A stretch of DNA of 63,731 nt, the filler included, from Choristocarpus tenellus KU-1152 (Eukaryota; Protista; Phaeophyceae), in assembly GCA_964200185.2 (NCBI GenBank). It is 10 parts of 10 records of this genome, joined end to end, with 100 filler letters (N's around TTAATTAATTAA, not from the genome) between each part and the next. Parts side by side here need not be neighbours in the genome. Positions count along the whole stretch, not along the records: positions 32,161 to 39,336 come from CAXNAD020006578.1; positions 39,437 to 43,670 come from CAXNAD020015558.1; positions 43,771 to 47,302 come from CAXNAD020019409.1; positions 47,403 to 56,662 come from CAXNAD020003833.1; 6 more parts are not named here. The stretch is one strand, 5' to 3'. The notes below the pieces were generated by a model. That model was not told where the DNA came from and ran no database searches. It was given only the letters and a program-made list of their open reading frames with translations. Of the stretch, positions 38,408 through 52,019 are shown piece by piece (the stretch's first letter is position 1; every line of letters starts with the position of its first letter). A program made the translations under genes and the position numbers.

Positions 38408-39225
38408 GTGTGTGCAGTTGTTGTTTGATTGGAGTGCAGGGTGGATGTATGCAAGGGGGTGGGGCGGTTTAGAAGGTTCCAGTCTCCTTCATTTTGTTTT
38501 TTGTTTTTGTGGGGGGAGGGGGATCAAGTGTGGGGCGTGTTGAGAGTAGAAAGATGGTGTTGTCCTGGGTGTTGAAGTACTCAATTTAGTTGTTGTGAGG
38601 GTGATACGTACTTTAAGGATTTTACCCTGTTAGTTGTTTGTTTGGGATTTTCTTCTACAACTCTAGAGAGTCCTGTAGTGTGAGGTATGAAACAGACGGT
38701 TTCATCGAGATTCAGCTGAGCCCCCCCCCCCCCCCCCTTCATGGCCTAGATATGAATACGTTAATCTGTTTCCATGGTGCTACATGATCAAGTGCATTCA
38801 TCGGCCACAAGTTGCCAATTCAACCATAGTGCTGCATACAGGCAATGCCCCCTTTCCTTTGTACCCTTTTTTGTCCAGATTATTGGTGCTACCTGTTTTC
38901 TAAGAGGGTACACCATTGATAGTAATAATAGTTGTCGAGGCTTTGACTTCGCTGCTTCCAACACGATCTGTTGTCTCTATCCCTGACCGTACTCGACTCT
39001 TTTTTTTTTATCCAAGACAGTCTTGGCTTCCAATTGTTGGAAGTAATACCTCCTGTGTTCGTATTTGATTTGACAAAAGTAGAATCTTTGAGGGGGATGT
39101 GTGTGTGTGTTTTTTTTTTGTTTTTTTGTGTACTGGTTTAGTGAGTAATATAGTGGGGCCTCTTAAGAGGTGACAACCCCCGATCCCACCCCACCTCTCT
39201 TCCTGTTTTCAGTGCAACTCCTTTG

Positions 39226-39336
39226 GAGTCAAAAGTATCTGGGGGGGGGAGGGGTGCCAGCGTCCGTTTTTGACCCTGGCTCAAAGTATCTTGAGGGGGT
39301 GGTAGCTGTTTATTTGGGGCCAATTTTGTCATGTCA
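39226..39336. mobile_element. MITE family B-like end(s), cut by spacer
   Basis: GAGTCAAAAGTATCTGGGGGGG and GGCTCAAAGTATCTTGAGGGGG TIR-like motifs. Confidence 0.5.
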
Positions 39337-39516
39337 NNNNNNNNNNNNNNNNNNNNNNNNNNNNNNNNNNNNNNNNNNNNTTAATTAATTAANNNNNNNN
39401 NNNNNNNNNNNNNNNNNNNNNNNNNNNNNNNNNNNNCTTTATGTTCCGCGTACTTCGCACCATATCGTGACGCCACCATCAACTAAGACATTACCCTCGT
39501 CCCTCCCCGTGCGTAG

Positions 39517-42500
39517 CTCCAGAAACAGACGAGGATGCAATACTTTGCCAGAATGTGCACCGACCTATTGGGTGCGAGAGACCCTGGCATCCTCGGAGAG
39601 GACTCACCGCGAGGCTATATGTGGAAGGATGTCGTTGAGGCAGCAGCCGCCATGTTCGCGGAGAAGGCGGTGGAAAAGTTGCCAACTGAACTGCTCTCCC
39701 TGTCGTACGTGTCCGGGAAAGAAAGCTTTCCGGAAGAATGGGTAAGCCCCGAATACCCTATATAAAGACGACTACCCCCGCACCGATCACTGATCTGCCC
39801 ACTGCATCATCCAGAGCACATGCACAAAAACCGAAATTCTCACAACATACTCGGCATAGAGAGTCGTTTGTTTTAACATCAAGATTTTCAATCTGATTTT
39901 CGATGTAAGATATATTCAAAACGCATGTTGTCAAAACAAAGCCATAACACGACACAACGGAATGAATTTTTGCTCCTTTATTGGTGTGATCGGTTGTGCT
40001 TAGCGTTCCTTATATCCCCAAAGTATACCAACAATGTAGAACGAGTACGCATTCGTGCATACTGTTAATCGCACTTTTACGAGATAGATATCACATTCTG
40101 CACTCCACGACAGTACCTGATTATACGGCAAAGTATTAAACTGAGGAACACGCTGCCCACAATACCCTACTTCTGTCCCTCGCCACTCCATATGCAATTC
40201 GCCTCCTTTAGTTTTCGAGAACACTGAAGGGTGTCCGTCCCAAGAAGGAGCACACCAACCAGGCAAAAACACCTTCCTCGAAAGGGAAGAATAAGGCTGT
40301 CGAAAAAGCTATGAAGGGGGCCAGCCCCTCCGATGGAAATACAGACGGACTCCCTTTCAGCAGCCTCTAACAGGAACTTGCATCCACAAAAGGTATGCAC
40401 ATGAAGGAAGTCTTCATCGAGAAGGCTGTTCTGGAGGTGGCAGTGCAGAAGATGAAGGAACTCAAGCTCCAATATGAGCTCGGAATCGACCCCACTGTGG
40501 CATGGAATCATAACCCTCCATCTACGGAGGAAGCTGTGAAAGAACCATACATCCTATCAGAGGAGGTAATTAGTACCATGTGTCGACGTTTTTACACTCT
40601 CGACTTTCTCGCCTGAGTGCGTTCTTTTTAAAATCTTATATTACCCGTATGCGTATTAGGTAGGACTTACACGGACTCTGGTACCAACTTAATTGACGTC
40701 TGCGCCCTCTAAAGAACCCGTTCTCACTTCTTACGTACACACCACCCCTGTGATTCAAAGGTTGGAAGCAGATTGATGATGAAAGGTGTTGAAAAAGGTG
40801 ACATCTTCCTGAAGATTGTAGAAGGCTCTGAGGGTATTGCCCTCCCGAAAGGACTAGGAGGTGAGGCCAAGCAACTCGAAATACACGTTTATTGAAATGA
40901 TGATAAATGGAGCAGCGATTGAGCATCAATGCATTTAATACTGCTATTGCGAAGAAGTACCGTCAGACCTGAAATGGGTTTAGTCAAGAGTGTCATAGGG
41001 TATTGACACGCAACCTAGTCTACCATTACTATGAATGGATAATGTTATAGAACCCGTTCCCTTTCTTTCTTTGTAGATAGCACTGACACATCCACGACTC
41101 TCGTCTGTTTCCCACCCCCCTGAAATCTCAAAAAGTCAAAGATAACCATAACGATGTCGTGCAAGAGAAGCTCGAAACTCGTTCTAACTGCCCCATATAT
41201 AAGTATATTCTATGTACATGTTCCTCACTTCCCGCACAAAAATAAGTAACGAGTTCACCTTAAGAACCCTTGTACGTGTTTTAACACTAATGCAACATTT
41301 TACAAGTTTCCCTAACCCCCACGAACACACACAAGATACTCTTCGCTCTCCACTCCTGACATCCGTTCTGCACACTGCTCCAGATTCTAGACGTGCCACC
41401 TGTGTTGTCATCGCGCCAGGGTGTACCACTTGTGTGGTACATCACACCAACGATGCATGGGCCAAGCTGAGGCCATCGTTCAACGATGGCTTGTCATCGT
41501 TGGTTATTAACCCAGGGGCGGTGGTCCACGCATTTGTGACGCTGCAGGGGAATCGTGACAAAGAGAAGGAGGAAGGCTTTGCACGCGATCTCGCAAAACT
41601 ATGTCGCAAGTGGTGGCCAGACGCAAACAGTGCACTTCCACACGACAGGGGACTTTGCGGCAATGTGGACGCACCCGAGGGTGTCAGTACCTCCCCTCTT
41701 CCAGATCTTGCACAGAGTGATTCGGAAGATGACCTCGTATCCGCTCTTCTTGGGAGGGATGCTATCGACTCGGACATGGAAGAGATGAAGTTGTCACCCA
41801 CACGTCACCGGACGACCGAGACACTTAAGGTGGAATCGGTCCTGGATGACGAGAGCGACGGCGGTTCTTCAGGAGATGGAGTGGTTGGTGTCAACGAGGT
41901 CGATGCATACTGTCGATCACCCCCCAATAAGCGAAGGAGGCCTTCCAGGGATGCTGCTGTTGTCAGGGGTTCGGGATCCACACAAGGATCTACTGCCAAA
42001 AAACGCATTCCCACTCACAAGGGAAAGCGTTCGCCTGCGACCCCGCCAGCAACCGTGCTGAATAACATTTTCTCTCCAGTGCATGGCGGTGGGGAGGCAT
42101 CATCCCAGAACATCCCATCTGAGTCGAAGGGGAGTGATGTGGACTTGCCCGACAGCGAAGACGAACTGCCCATGTCGGACGATGGTAAGTTTCACTTCGG
42201 AATGACAGATCGATTCCTTGAGGCTTGCGCGGATGAACTCCTCCGCTCGGCAAACCTATCCTCATCAACATATTACCGTGTGCAAACCTTTGTCCTTCAA
42301 CAGGTTATTCGTGACCACGGTTTCCGGTTGATGCAGGCTGGCAAATTTGCGAATCTTCTTGTCCTTGGCAATCAGTGCTACGTGCACAGGGGAATCCTCG
42401 ATGGCTTGTGCCGTGGTGTGGGTAATGTCAAGAAGACACTGTGTGCCGACGACATAGAAGCACTCGCAGCGAGAAAAGCTGTGTTTCTCGCTCGTGTCGA

Positions 42501-42525
42501 GGCAGAACTGTGGAATGACAAGTAG
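39517..42525 (+). CDS. Orphan spliced gene (hypothetical protein; possible pseudogene), 5' truncated
   Basis: Phase-0 exons 39517-39741, (40212 or 40374)-40565 and 41548-42525 (326 codons to TAG, with acidic and basic patches such as PPNKRRRP). TAA at 40368 is in frame if the 40212 acceptor is used. Confidence 0.55.
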
Positions 42526-45500
42526 TCATCCCCCCTTAATCTTTGGCATGTGTTGACAGAGGTTTACCCAAAGCTAATAGATTGGTGGAAGGAAGGGAGG
42601 TGCGACTTCACACATGCACACGAGCTCAAGTAGATTTTTTGGTTTCAGGTCGAACTTAGAGAAAGAGTGTATTTTTAGCTGACATTGTTATATCTGGTAC
42701 TTGCGTAATGTGTCCAACAACCAGGTTTGCACGGTCTGGACTAACATTTGTATTTATAGACTCTGCAGTTGTACCTTTGGAATTCGAATATTATAACTGG
42801 CAGGGTAACCATAATTAAAGACAAAATGAATGCATATGTCGAGGGTGTGAAATATTCGACGTGATCAAGTCCAATGTGTCCTTCTCTTGCCAAATTGTGA
42901 ATCGGCTTTGGTTCAATATTTGTGTTCTCATATTGATCTCGTATTTCCAAAATCTTTTACGACAGAACACACCTCATACACACAAGCGTAGCATCTCGCG
43001 GGATGACACCTTTTCACACCATAAACAGTCCTTATGATGCGAAGCGAACCTGACAACGTTTAAACTCGACTCTGATGCCTAACATTGCATACTGTCCTTT
43101 TAGCACAGCGAAGGTGAACGTCAGAACTCTTCTCATGTTTTACCTTCACCATTATGGGGCGCTTTTAAGATGTAAGGATAGCACCGTTTGGGAATTTATA
43201 GTTTACAGATACTATAGTCATACACCCTAAGCACATCCAAAACTTGGTCCAACCTTTTTAATAAAGGAGGATACGCTTCTGTCTTAGTTTCAGTGATCGA
43301 ATACTGTCGTTCCTTTAAACATTTCTACTTTGAAGTTGCATCGCTGTGCGTCGTTGCTCTGGAACACATATCCCTTGCACCAAACAGCAACATTCCTATC
43401 TGTCAGTGAGTTTTATATACAGCCAACAGTAGGAATACGTCTGACAACAGCCTGTCTCCCTAATGGTGTCACGATGCTTAGAGTCAGGGTTTCACCGTCC
43501 AGTCATCGGCCAGCGATTTGGCAACATTGTTCCTGATTCAAAGTAATTAACGAATATATGACACAAAATAGATGACCCCCCTATTTCCGATAATCCCAAA
43601 CCCAACAGAAATTTGCATACAAGCAGGCACATGTTACACCTTATTCATGCTACGCTTCTCACCAAATTGANNNNNNNNNNNNNNNNNNNNNNNNNNNNNN
43701 NNNNNNNNNNNNNNTTAATTAATTAANNNNNNNNNNNNNNNNNNNNNNNNNNNNNNNNNNNNNNNNNNNNCCACCACCATTGTGGCTGGCTGTGTAGCCC
43801 GAAGTTGGAAAGCCAGAATTGATTCCTAAAAAAAAAAAAAAAAAAATCCGGGCACTTTTAAAAAAAATTGGAACAGTTCTTCAAAGTAGTACAGGGAACA
43901 AAGAAAATAATAAGATGACATGCACAAAAAAATATTTTCCGCTAATAGTGCAAAACAAAAGATTACAAAATGCGTTGCATTCGTGGCTAGCTATTGTGAA
44001 CAGTTCCTTCCGTAGGACTAGGCTTGCACTCCTGAATAGTCCACTAGTTTGTGCTTTATTGCATTGCATTGCATTGCATGATAGATTGTGCAGAATGGAC
44101 AAACTTTGTAAGCATTTGTAAGCATGTTGTTGCCCAAGGGTATCCATTGCACAAGCGTAGGGGAGAAATCGAGTTGATGAGGAGAACTTGACAAAGCATG
44201 GGGCGATTTCAAGGAAGGACTAGGAGACAACTTTATCTAAAGAAATTAACAAGGAGAGTTGAGACTCTTCTTTGGGAAGTAAGACAACTCGTGGCTGTTT
44301 CAAAATGATCCTGTACGGAAAACGATAACACAGTTACAACTTCAGCTACCACCATCTCTGTAGCTCTGGGCAGCTCTGGGCGCTTCAATCTTATATTTTT
44401 TTTATCTTATATTTTTTACCACATATCTTCTCTGTTTGACTACAAAGGGCTGAACAGTGGGTAGAGGATACAAGCAGTAAGCAGTAAGGGGGGGCAAAGA
44501 AGCAGGCTTAGGAATGAGTACAAAGGGTTTCGGGTGGTACTGTACTACAGTAAAATAAAACACAGGCGGAAGCCATGGCAGTCCCCCTGTCAGAGTTAAC
44601 ACTTCAACGTGAGCACCGTCAGGATCTGGAGCACTACAAAAAGCTACAGGAGGTTACCTGTGGCCATGGGGTAAACACATAACGAACGAAAGTGCTGGCG
44701 ACATTGCACAAACTAGGCACATGAGTTGAGTCATCTAGGGGGTGGGGGGTATCACATCAAACTATTATTGAGAACTATTTTTGAGAGCTATTTTTGAGAA
44801 GTAATGCAGCGTACTACTGCCTGCGACTACTGACTCCTTGGCATGAAGAAAAAAAAAAAGATGCAAAAGGGCTCTGTGTTGGAGGTTCAGCTGCAGTGAG
44901 GTTTGCTTCCACTGATCAGCATCAGTTCGAACAGTTTGTGGGGGCAGGCTATAATTGCACAAGATGATACGAGATTTTTTGGAATCATTTTTCAGGGGGA
45001 GTCGTCTTGCAAAAACCCACTGTGAGGTTACACTAAAACTGCAAAAAAAAACAGAAATCAGACTCAATCTACCTATTCTACACTGCCGACTGCAAAACTG
45101 CAATAAAATCCTTCCTGATGTGGTGCTTTTCTCCATCCAGACAACCCTGTTCAGACTATGATAAACATGGGAAGTATGATCACTTAGACAAGTACGGAAA
45201 TGTGCTCCAACTAAATCTCTCACTAGTTTAATGCGACACCTGAGAAATTCTTGTCTTTCCCACCTTTTGATCAAATGCCCCGATCATCGACTATGTTGAC
45301 AAGCACAAGCAAAGGAACAGCACAATTTTTGCAAAATATAAGAACCTCAGAAGCGCCCACACAGATCTTGGCAGCTAGGTGGTAGAGCAGCGGGACTTAA
45401 AGAGACTTCGAGCACAACAGTGCAGAAGAAACCACATGTGTGTATCTTAGTGAATACGAAAGGGAACGAGAGTGGGGAACCGCCATCCTCAACAAGTAGC

Positions 45501-45557
45501 GTATCTCGTACGTCCCCCATTCGCTACATATCACAAGCCTGCAGGTGATGCACTCAC

Positions 45558-46673
45558 GGAGACAGTGTGTGGCGGCGGAAGAAGTCGTCCATAGAGGTCC
45601 CAAAACTGACCCCCAACCTGTGGATCTGATGTGGCTTCGAGGAGGGCCACTGCCAGTCTGACATCCCATGTCAGACCTCTCGCAAAGTCTTTATCCGAAA
45701 CTGGCATCCGCAAGTCACCCGCCACTTCCCAGCACAGTTCCGTCTGACCGTAGAGGCCCTATGGCATCGGTTGGTAGGGCCATGACGGGAGGTTGTTGGA
45801 AAGGAGGTCAAGCTATCCTTTTGGTATGATAAGTCGCGCATTGTGGTGCATACCTTGGACAAACGGAAAACACTAGGTAATTCGAGACGTTCGTTGGCAA
45901 GGGCAAACGACTTACATTGATGACTCCGTCTCGAGAGGACCACAGGCACAAGCTCGACGGGATTTCCAGCATGACCTGCAACACATGCAAAGGAAGGGTT
46001 TGGCGATGCTAACAGAGGTGAACATTCCTTTGCTATGGGTATTCTCTTTGTTCAATCCATGCTTGTCCTTTTGTGAGGACGTTCCCACAGTGGCAAGAAG
46101 GCTTTATAGTGGGGAAGAGGAACACAACTGGACTGGCAGAGACGCGCATCAATCCTTCGGAATAGTATGCACTGGCAAATAGGGATAGTGTGGGGGGGAA
46201 AATAAACAGCTGAAGAGGTATTGAGAGTTGCAGTGGACCGCATGAAACTTTGTGCGACCACAACTAGTATCTTGTAAGGTATGGCATGGAGGCAATAGAG
46301 CTTTCTGCTAGTATCATTTGATAGATAGGACAGTGTCCAATCTGCACACAAACTGTCCTACCTCACCCTCTTGAACGTCCTGCTCAGCTATCAGTCCCCT
46401 TTGCTCTCCCCCAAGAGAAGTACTCTTGTTGACCACCCCAAAGTTACTGGCTAGCCATTCGAAAAGCTGGTCCTCCTGGACAGCTCTTTCACTAACATCA
46501 TTTTCTCTTACTGCAACTTTGAACGTACGGAAGGAGGTAAGAGGCTTCCCAGAGATAGACCATCTCGATAGGATAGGCACGAAAGCCAAGCAATGAGTAA
46601 GCCAGGCTAGAGTAAGGAGCGATGCGCACTTGATGGGCAGAGCTATACGGTGCGAAATAGATGCTGTCGCCAT
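45558..46673 (-). CDS. Plastid-targeted SET-domain (Rubisco LSMT-like) protein, first three exons
   Basis: Exons 46673-46362, 45975-45916 and 45758-45558 (all phase 0). The signal peptide ends THCLA-FVP. Motifs LFEWL...G...RGLIAEQDVQEGEVMLEIP..L and WDVRLAVALL...FWDLYGRLLP. Confidence 0.85.
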
Positions 46674-47119
46674 GCGGTTGAGAGTTGACCGTTCCCAGCT
46701 ATTTTTTGTCACCCACATCGAGTTATGAATCAATCCAAACAGTTTATAAACGAAAAACCGATATTGACATGGAAAAGTTCGATTATTGGATTATCGGAAA
46801 CGTGTTGTTTTATTGCTTAACCTTCACTACTTCTAATGAGGTTGTCCCGTCATAACTTTTGATGTAGGATATCAGATTAAAAAAATAAAAGCACATTCAT
46901 GATGCCCGTCACAAGGCCGTCCAGAACACGGGCTTCGTTTTTTGTTCGCCTTTTTTTCTCTTTTGAAGAAAGAGTGGTCATATTGGGGTTCAATACCTGG
47001 ATTGTAGGTCACCAAGAAGAGTGGCAACAGATAGATGCACTATTACTTTATTTAAATTATAGGGTTATGGTGGGGAAAAAGCCTCCCCACCCTTTCTTCC
47101 TGTGTGTTCGCACACCCAC

Positions 47120-47302
47120 TCTTTGACCTCGGCAATGATGTCCTCGTCACACAAGGAAGATCCACTATATTCTCACATCTTGACTGATGGTGATGAAGCC
47201 CCATCTTTGATGGTGCTCCTCACTCCTAAGTTTGCACTACTTGTCCAACCTTAACCTCGTACCCTCGGTCACGGTTCGTCCTTGTTCGTGTGGTCCTTCT
47301 TG
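47120..47302 (+). mobile_element. Gypsy internal fragment homologous to ~62290-62445
   Basis: GAAGATCCACTATATTCTCAC...GGTTCGTCCTTGTTCGT is nearly identical to the segment inside the Gypsy remnant. Confidence 0.7.
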
Positions 47303-48097
47303 NNNNNNNNNNNNNNNNNNNNNNNNNNNNNNNNNNNNNNNNNNNNTTAATTAATTAANNNNNNNNNNNNNNNNNNNNNNNNNNNNNNNNNNNNNNNNNN
47401 NNGGGGGGGGGGGGGGGGGGGGCGGGGGGGGAGTGGGGGGAGGGGGGGGGGGGGTAAGGCGTGTGGTAAGGCAAGCATGTAGTCTTATTGACTTTGTACA
47501 TCGTATCAGTGATCCTATTGGCGGGACATTTATATTTCATATGTGTTCCCACCCAATTCTCAAGGTTGGGATTGAGATGCAGTCAACATAGCATTCTCTG
47601 AAGCATGCGCCTGTGTGTGTGTGTGATACATGTGTGTGTGCCAAGAGAGAGTCAAAGTAAAGAGGTGTGCACCTTTGAATGTTTTGCACTTGAAGTCGAT
47701 TTTTCGTCTTCTGCCTTATCTCTATGGATAAAGTGCTAAGATCGAGTTGAGAGCATTGGTTTTTCTCTCTTGCGTGAGACTTTCTACCAGAATAAGAAAA
47801 TTGCTTGAAACACATTTGTACAAAAGAAAATTTGTCAGCATCCCTAAAATGCAACCCTGACTTCCTATTGGCTTACTTTGGCTCAAAAAAGGGAGGTAGA
47901 AGGAAACTGAGTGCGATTGGGAGGGGAGGAAGGGGAAGACAAGGAGGAAGAGGGGGAAGAGGAGGAGGAGGAGGAGGAGGAGGAGGTAGGGGGCTGTGGC
48001 TGGTGAGGTTTTGGTTGCCCCCATATATCTAAAGGAGAAAACCAGAACACAACTGAACAGAAGACTACCCAACTTCACACAAAATGGATCCACCGGT

Positions 48098-48371
48098 GGT
48101 ACACAGTATTCTAGAGGGGGGGGGTCAAGCGTCCACTTGGGGCCTGTGTTAACTTGTAGTGATTTGATGTCATATGAGTGAACGTGTCAGATGAATGGGC
48201 AATTTCCTTCATCTGAAACGCACGTTCCGTTTCTATCTCCGTCCCTGAACCAAATCCAAAGGAATGTCACCAACAAAACGGGCATCAAACTGGAGCATCT
48301 TACAACACTTCTACAAACCTCCAATTTGATAACCAGGCCTAAACACCCCTTCCTCTAAGATACTATGGACC
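48098..48371. mobile_element. MITE family C, intronic
   Basis: Ends ACACAGTATTCTAGAGGG / CCTCTAAGATACTATGGACC; homologous to 16132-16401. Confidence 0.75.
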
Positions 48372-48379
48372 AGTCTTAC

Positions 48380-51300
48380 CTAAAGGTGACCACAATGAAA
48401 TATAGAGCATCGTGGAAAGGCATGGGCTGACTCCCTGAGTCGACATCCCCCCACTGCTCTGCACCACCATCTGACGATAGTATCTGTTGAGTGAAGGAAG
48501 TGTGGCCATCCACATTTACAGTAACCGTTCGGCAGGGGGAGGGGAAGGGTGTGGGTGGTTTGGGCAAGTGTGCGACATGATATTCTTACAGATGGAGCCC
48601 TTCCATCGTGAGTATAGGATAGCACCATCAATGTATCAATATGTTGATGTCAGCAACCTTGTATATCCTACTGATCCAAAGTATCTGGGGGGGAAGGGAG
48701 GTCTACACCAGGGTGTCCATTTGGGTCGAAATCAAGAAAAGTACATTTACATTATCCATCCGACGCATGCAACCAAATCACCCAAAAATCGCAACACGAA
48801 AAAATTAAATCAAAGATCGCAAATGGACAGCCACCACCCCCCCCTCAGACACTTTGAGCCACTCCAGGGTGATATTGTGTAAAAAAATCGATTACAGTCA
48901 CAGATCTTTGCTATGTATACATGGCACTACTTAGGGTGTGCTTTGAAGCATTCCAGCATATCCCATGAACACATATAGTCATTCCATGGGATACATACAT
49001 AGGAGGAGGCAAGTAGGGATGGGCATCAATGCATGCCAGCAGGGACAGGGGGGAAAGGGGGTAGTTAATCGTAATTCTAGAGAGGGAGCACCTTCCATTG
49101 CTACCAGTAGAAGTGATCATTTTCAAGGCATCCACCTCCAGCCTCTGCAAGATTTTCCAACATTTGGCTGTTTGACATTGTCATTGACCTTAATCTTTAT
49201 AGCCTCGAGAGCATCTCATAAGTAGTGCAAAATGTCCCATCCACTTTGTCTACCGCAGCTCATTGAAATATCACATGCTGTATGTTAGTCTCATGTGCTC
49301 TGCACAAATTCTTTGTTGAAAGATATTGTACAACTACCCATCTTGTGTGGGCTGGGTTTGTAGTGTTACTCCAGGGCTTGAAGGACGCGGCAGAACGCTT
49401 GAGAAACTTGAGAAACTTGTGCATGCCTCGGACAGAATTTACATCCTCCTTCAGTCATTGAAATTTGCCTTTCTTGATATGAGCACGTTTCCAACCTACT
49501 TCTGTTTGCCTTGACTACTCTTTTGTGCTGACTCAAAGTATCTTAGAGGGTAGAGTCGTGTCCGTTCGGGACCAAAATTCGATGTTGTGACTTTGATCTA
49601 ATTTTGTCCATCATGATTGTTAGGAAGTGTCATTATCCTTGTTCCTGACACACCTTTTCATAACGTATACATTTTACCTACTCAAAAACTTTTGAAAGTG
49701 GGAAAAATGTCATAAAAACCCCGCAGGAAGCCAATCTCCAAACGGACAAACAGGGCAAAACTTGTACCCTCCAAGATACTCTTACTCTGCTTTCTCCTTT
49801 GCACCCCTCTTGGTTTCTTTGGAGAACAGCCCTTCCTGGCGCCCCTTTAAGTTAAGAGGGGGGGCACACCTGCACAAGGCCTGAGGATAAGAAGAGTGTG
49901 GAAATGAAGTATGCCAGAAGCCGCATGGTCTGCTCCATGACTGCATCCTCTCCAGGGCTAAAATTCTGTGCAGCTCGCAGAAGGCGTAATGGCTTAAAGA
50001 TCTTGAGAGGAGAAGGTGCAAAAGGGAGAAACAAGGACAGACTGAGGACACTGCATTCCCTGTCCGTCAGATGACTGCTATGATTCCACGTTCGAAAGAA
50101 TTGTCATAACATCCAGAGGATGGAGCTTTATTGATATTACAGTGATTGTTATTGTACAGCTACGTTACGGCCGTCAGTGATCCAGCACTGACTCTGCCGC
50201 ATGTTATTGGCACTGAGTTACTGTACAGACCATTTCTGACTGTTGATGTCAACAACAGGTACTTTGTTGGGAGGGAAATGTAGAGATATATATTCATTGG
50301 TCTCTATCCAAGTGCTATGCGGCCACAGGGAATTGTACTTGTGGTAAGGGCTTCATTCAAGAATTTTGTCACACACCTACGTTCTTACAATATCTTGGCT
50401 ATGCATATGATGCTCTATCGAAGGAGTTGCTGATCCAGGACAGGACTATGCTGGAATTTCTGCAAGTTATTTTAATCTCAATGCACCTCTTACCCGTGAT
50501 ATCATGAGCACACGGTAGAGGCGAACAAAGCCCGTAGGCGATGCTTCATAGGTCTGGGTGACAATGGCCAGGAATACAGGAATAGTCGTAACTACATCCA
50601 CAATGCCGAGGAGACTGAAGATGTGTGCTACTCGATCCTTTGAGAGCACAAGCTCAAGAATATAGTTCGATGCAAAGAAGACTGCGAAGACAACCTGTGT
50701 TCAGTTGCAGGGTTACAGGTTGAGTGCTTCACCATTTTCGAGATTATTCTATACATATTTCAACGAGCAAGGATTGCCCAACCCATACTGCCTATGCCTG
50801 CACATGCCTCATAATCTGTAAGATGATTCTACAAGTGCAGAACATCATATGGGTCTTAGTTGGCTTCGCAAGGTTGGTTGCTCTTAGACTACAAAAGTGT
50901 TTGGGGGAGGTTTCCTTGCCCAGAAGGCCATAAGATTTACGGAAGTCTGCACTGGCTAGAAATGATCAAATCCATAGTCATGCTTTCCCATATTCATTGT
51001 ACAGATTGCAAAGGCACACGTGGTCACAACGTTTTCTTGTGTAGGTAGGCTTACCTCAACAATCGGCATCCAAACAGAGTAGGTGGAAGAAAGGTAGCTG
51101 TCGACGACGTACAGTACCACACTGCCTAAGCTGAAAAGTGCTTGCATCCTGCCAGGGGGAACGCCGATGTTATTATGGATACGCCTCTGAGTCCGTGTGC
51201 TTGTGATGGTGTCACTGCTGAGATATCTGTTCTACGACCGATTTTGCGACAACATATCTGCATCATCTTGAGAGTGGAAGGTTACAGTTCGCTTCCTTGA

Positions 51301-51700
51301 CTAAGGGGGCGTTGATCAGGCCTATGGGATTGTTTGGGGGTGATCAGTGCGTTGAGAAATGTCTGCGGGAGTATACCAATCTACAGCTATCTTGGTATAG
51401 GAGGAGGGTGGCTACTGTATAGTCACGCCTCCAGGCCCTATTGGAACTTCACCAGATAGCTAGCTATACAATAGGCATTCTCGAGCAAATGTACTCAACT
51501 CCTCTTGTAAACATATGCACATCTCACCAGTCGCTCCATACGGACCATTCCGTCGTGGTATAGTGTACTCTCAGCCTCTTGATGAAACTAACACCACTCT
51601 TTTTCGGGACGCTTCTGGCGAGGACAACATATACTAGAGAGTAAAGTACCACCGCGACTATAAGGACCACTGCCGACCAGGAGGTTGTGCTCTCCTCCAT
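48380..51700 (-). CDS. Potassium channel, BK/Slo-like (S0-S5 and pore helix), first five exons
   Basis: Exons 51700-51528, 51148-51055, 50694-50494, 50001-49870 and 48483-48380 with matching phases. Motifs GIVDVVTTIP (S3), FVRLYRVLMISRIFKPLRLLR (S4) and PFHDALYFIVVTF (pore helix). The selectivity-filter exon is not in this block. Confidence 0.85.
48673..48860. mobile_element. MITE family B, intronic
   Basis: Ends GATCCAAAGTATCTGGGGGG / CCCCCTCAGACACTTTGAGCC. Confidence 0.7.
49530..49787. mobile_element. MITE family A, intronic, TSD TGCT
   Basis: TIRs GACTCAAAGTATCTTAGAGGGTA / TACCCTCCAAGATACTCTTACTC, with TGCT on both sides. Confidence 0.85.
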
Positions 51701-52019
51701 ACTCCCCCCCTTTTCGTGAGTATGATCTCCCCTCAAAGGGGGGCAATACCTACTACTTATTCTTTTAGTACTTGTGTTTTGTATGTTTTAAAGAATGAAA
51801 CCGTCTTTTTACAATCCCAAGGTTCATGGCCAACAACTATTTTACAACTCCAACCCTCAACTCTCCACTACCTCCTTCGTCCCTCAAATTGAAAATTGCT
51901 GTCCCTCCTAGCGTGACTGCCAGCTTAGCACTATCTTCCTCGGGAGAATATCGGTAGTGTCAACCTATCTTCAATTGGTAAAGTTGGAAAAGCCAGGGAA
52001 CTTGTGCCTGATACGAGTC
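51701..52019. promoter_or_regulatory. Probable bidirectional promoter region
   Basis: Only 319 bp separate the divergent start codons of the K+ channel (51700) and the RsmD-like gene (52020). No specific motif was identified. Confidence 0.5.
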
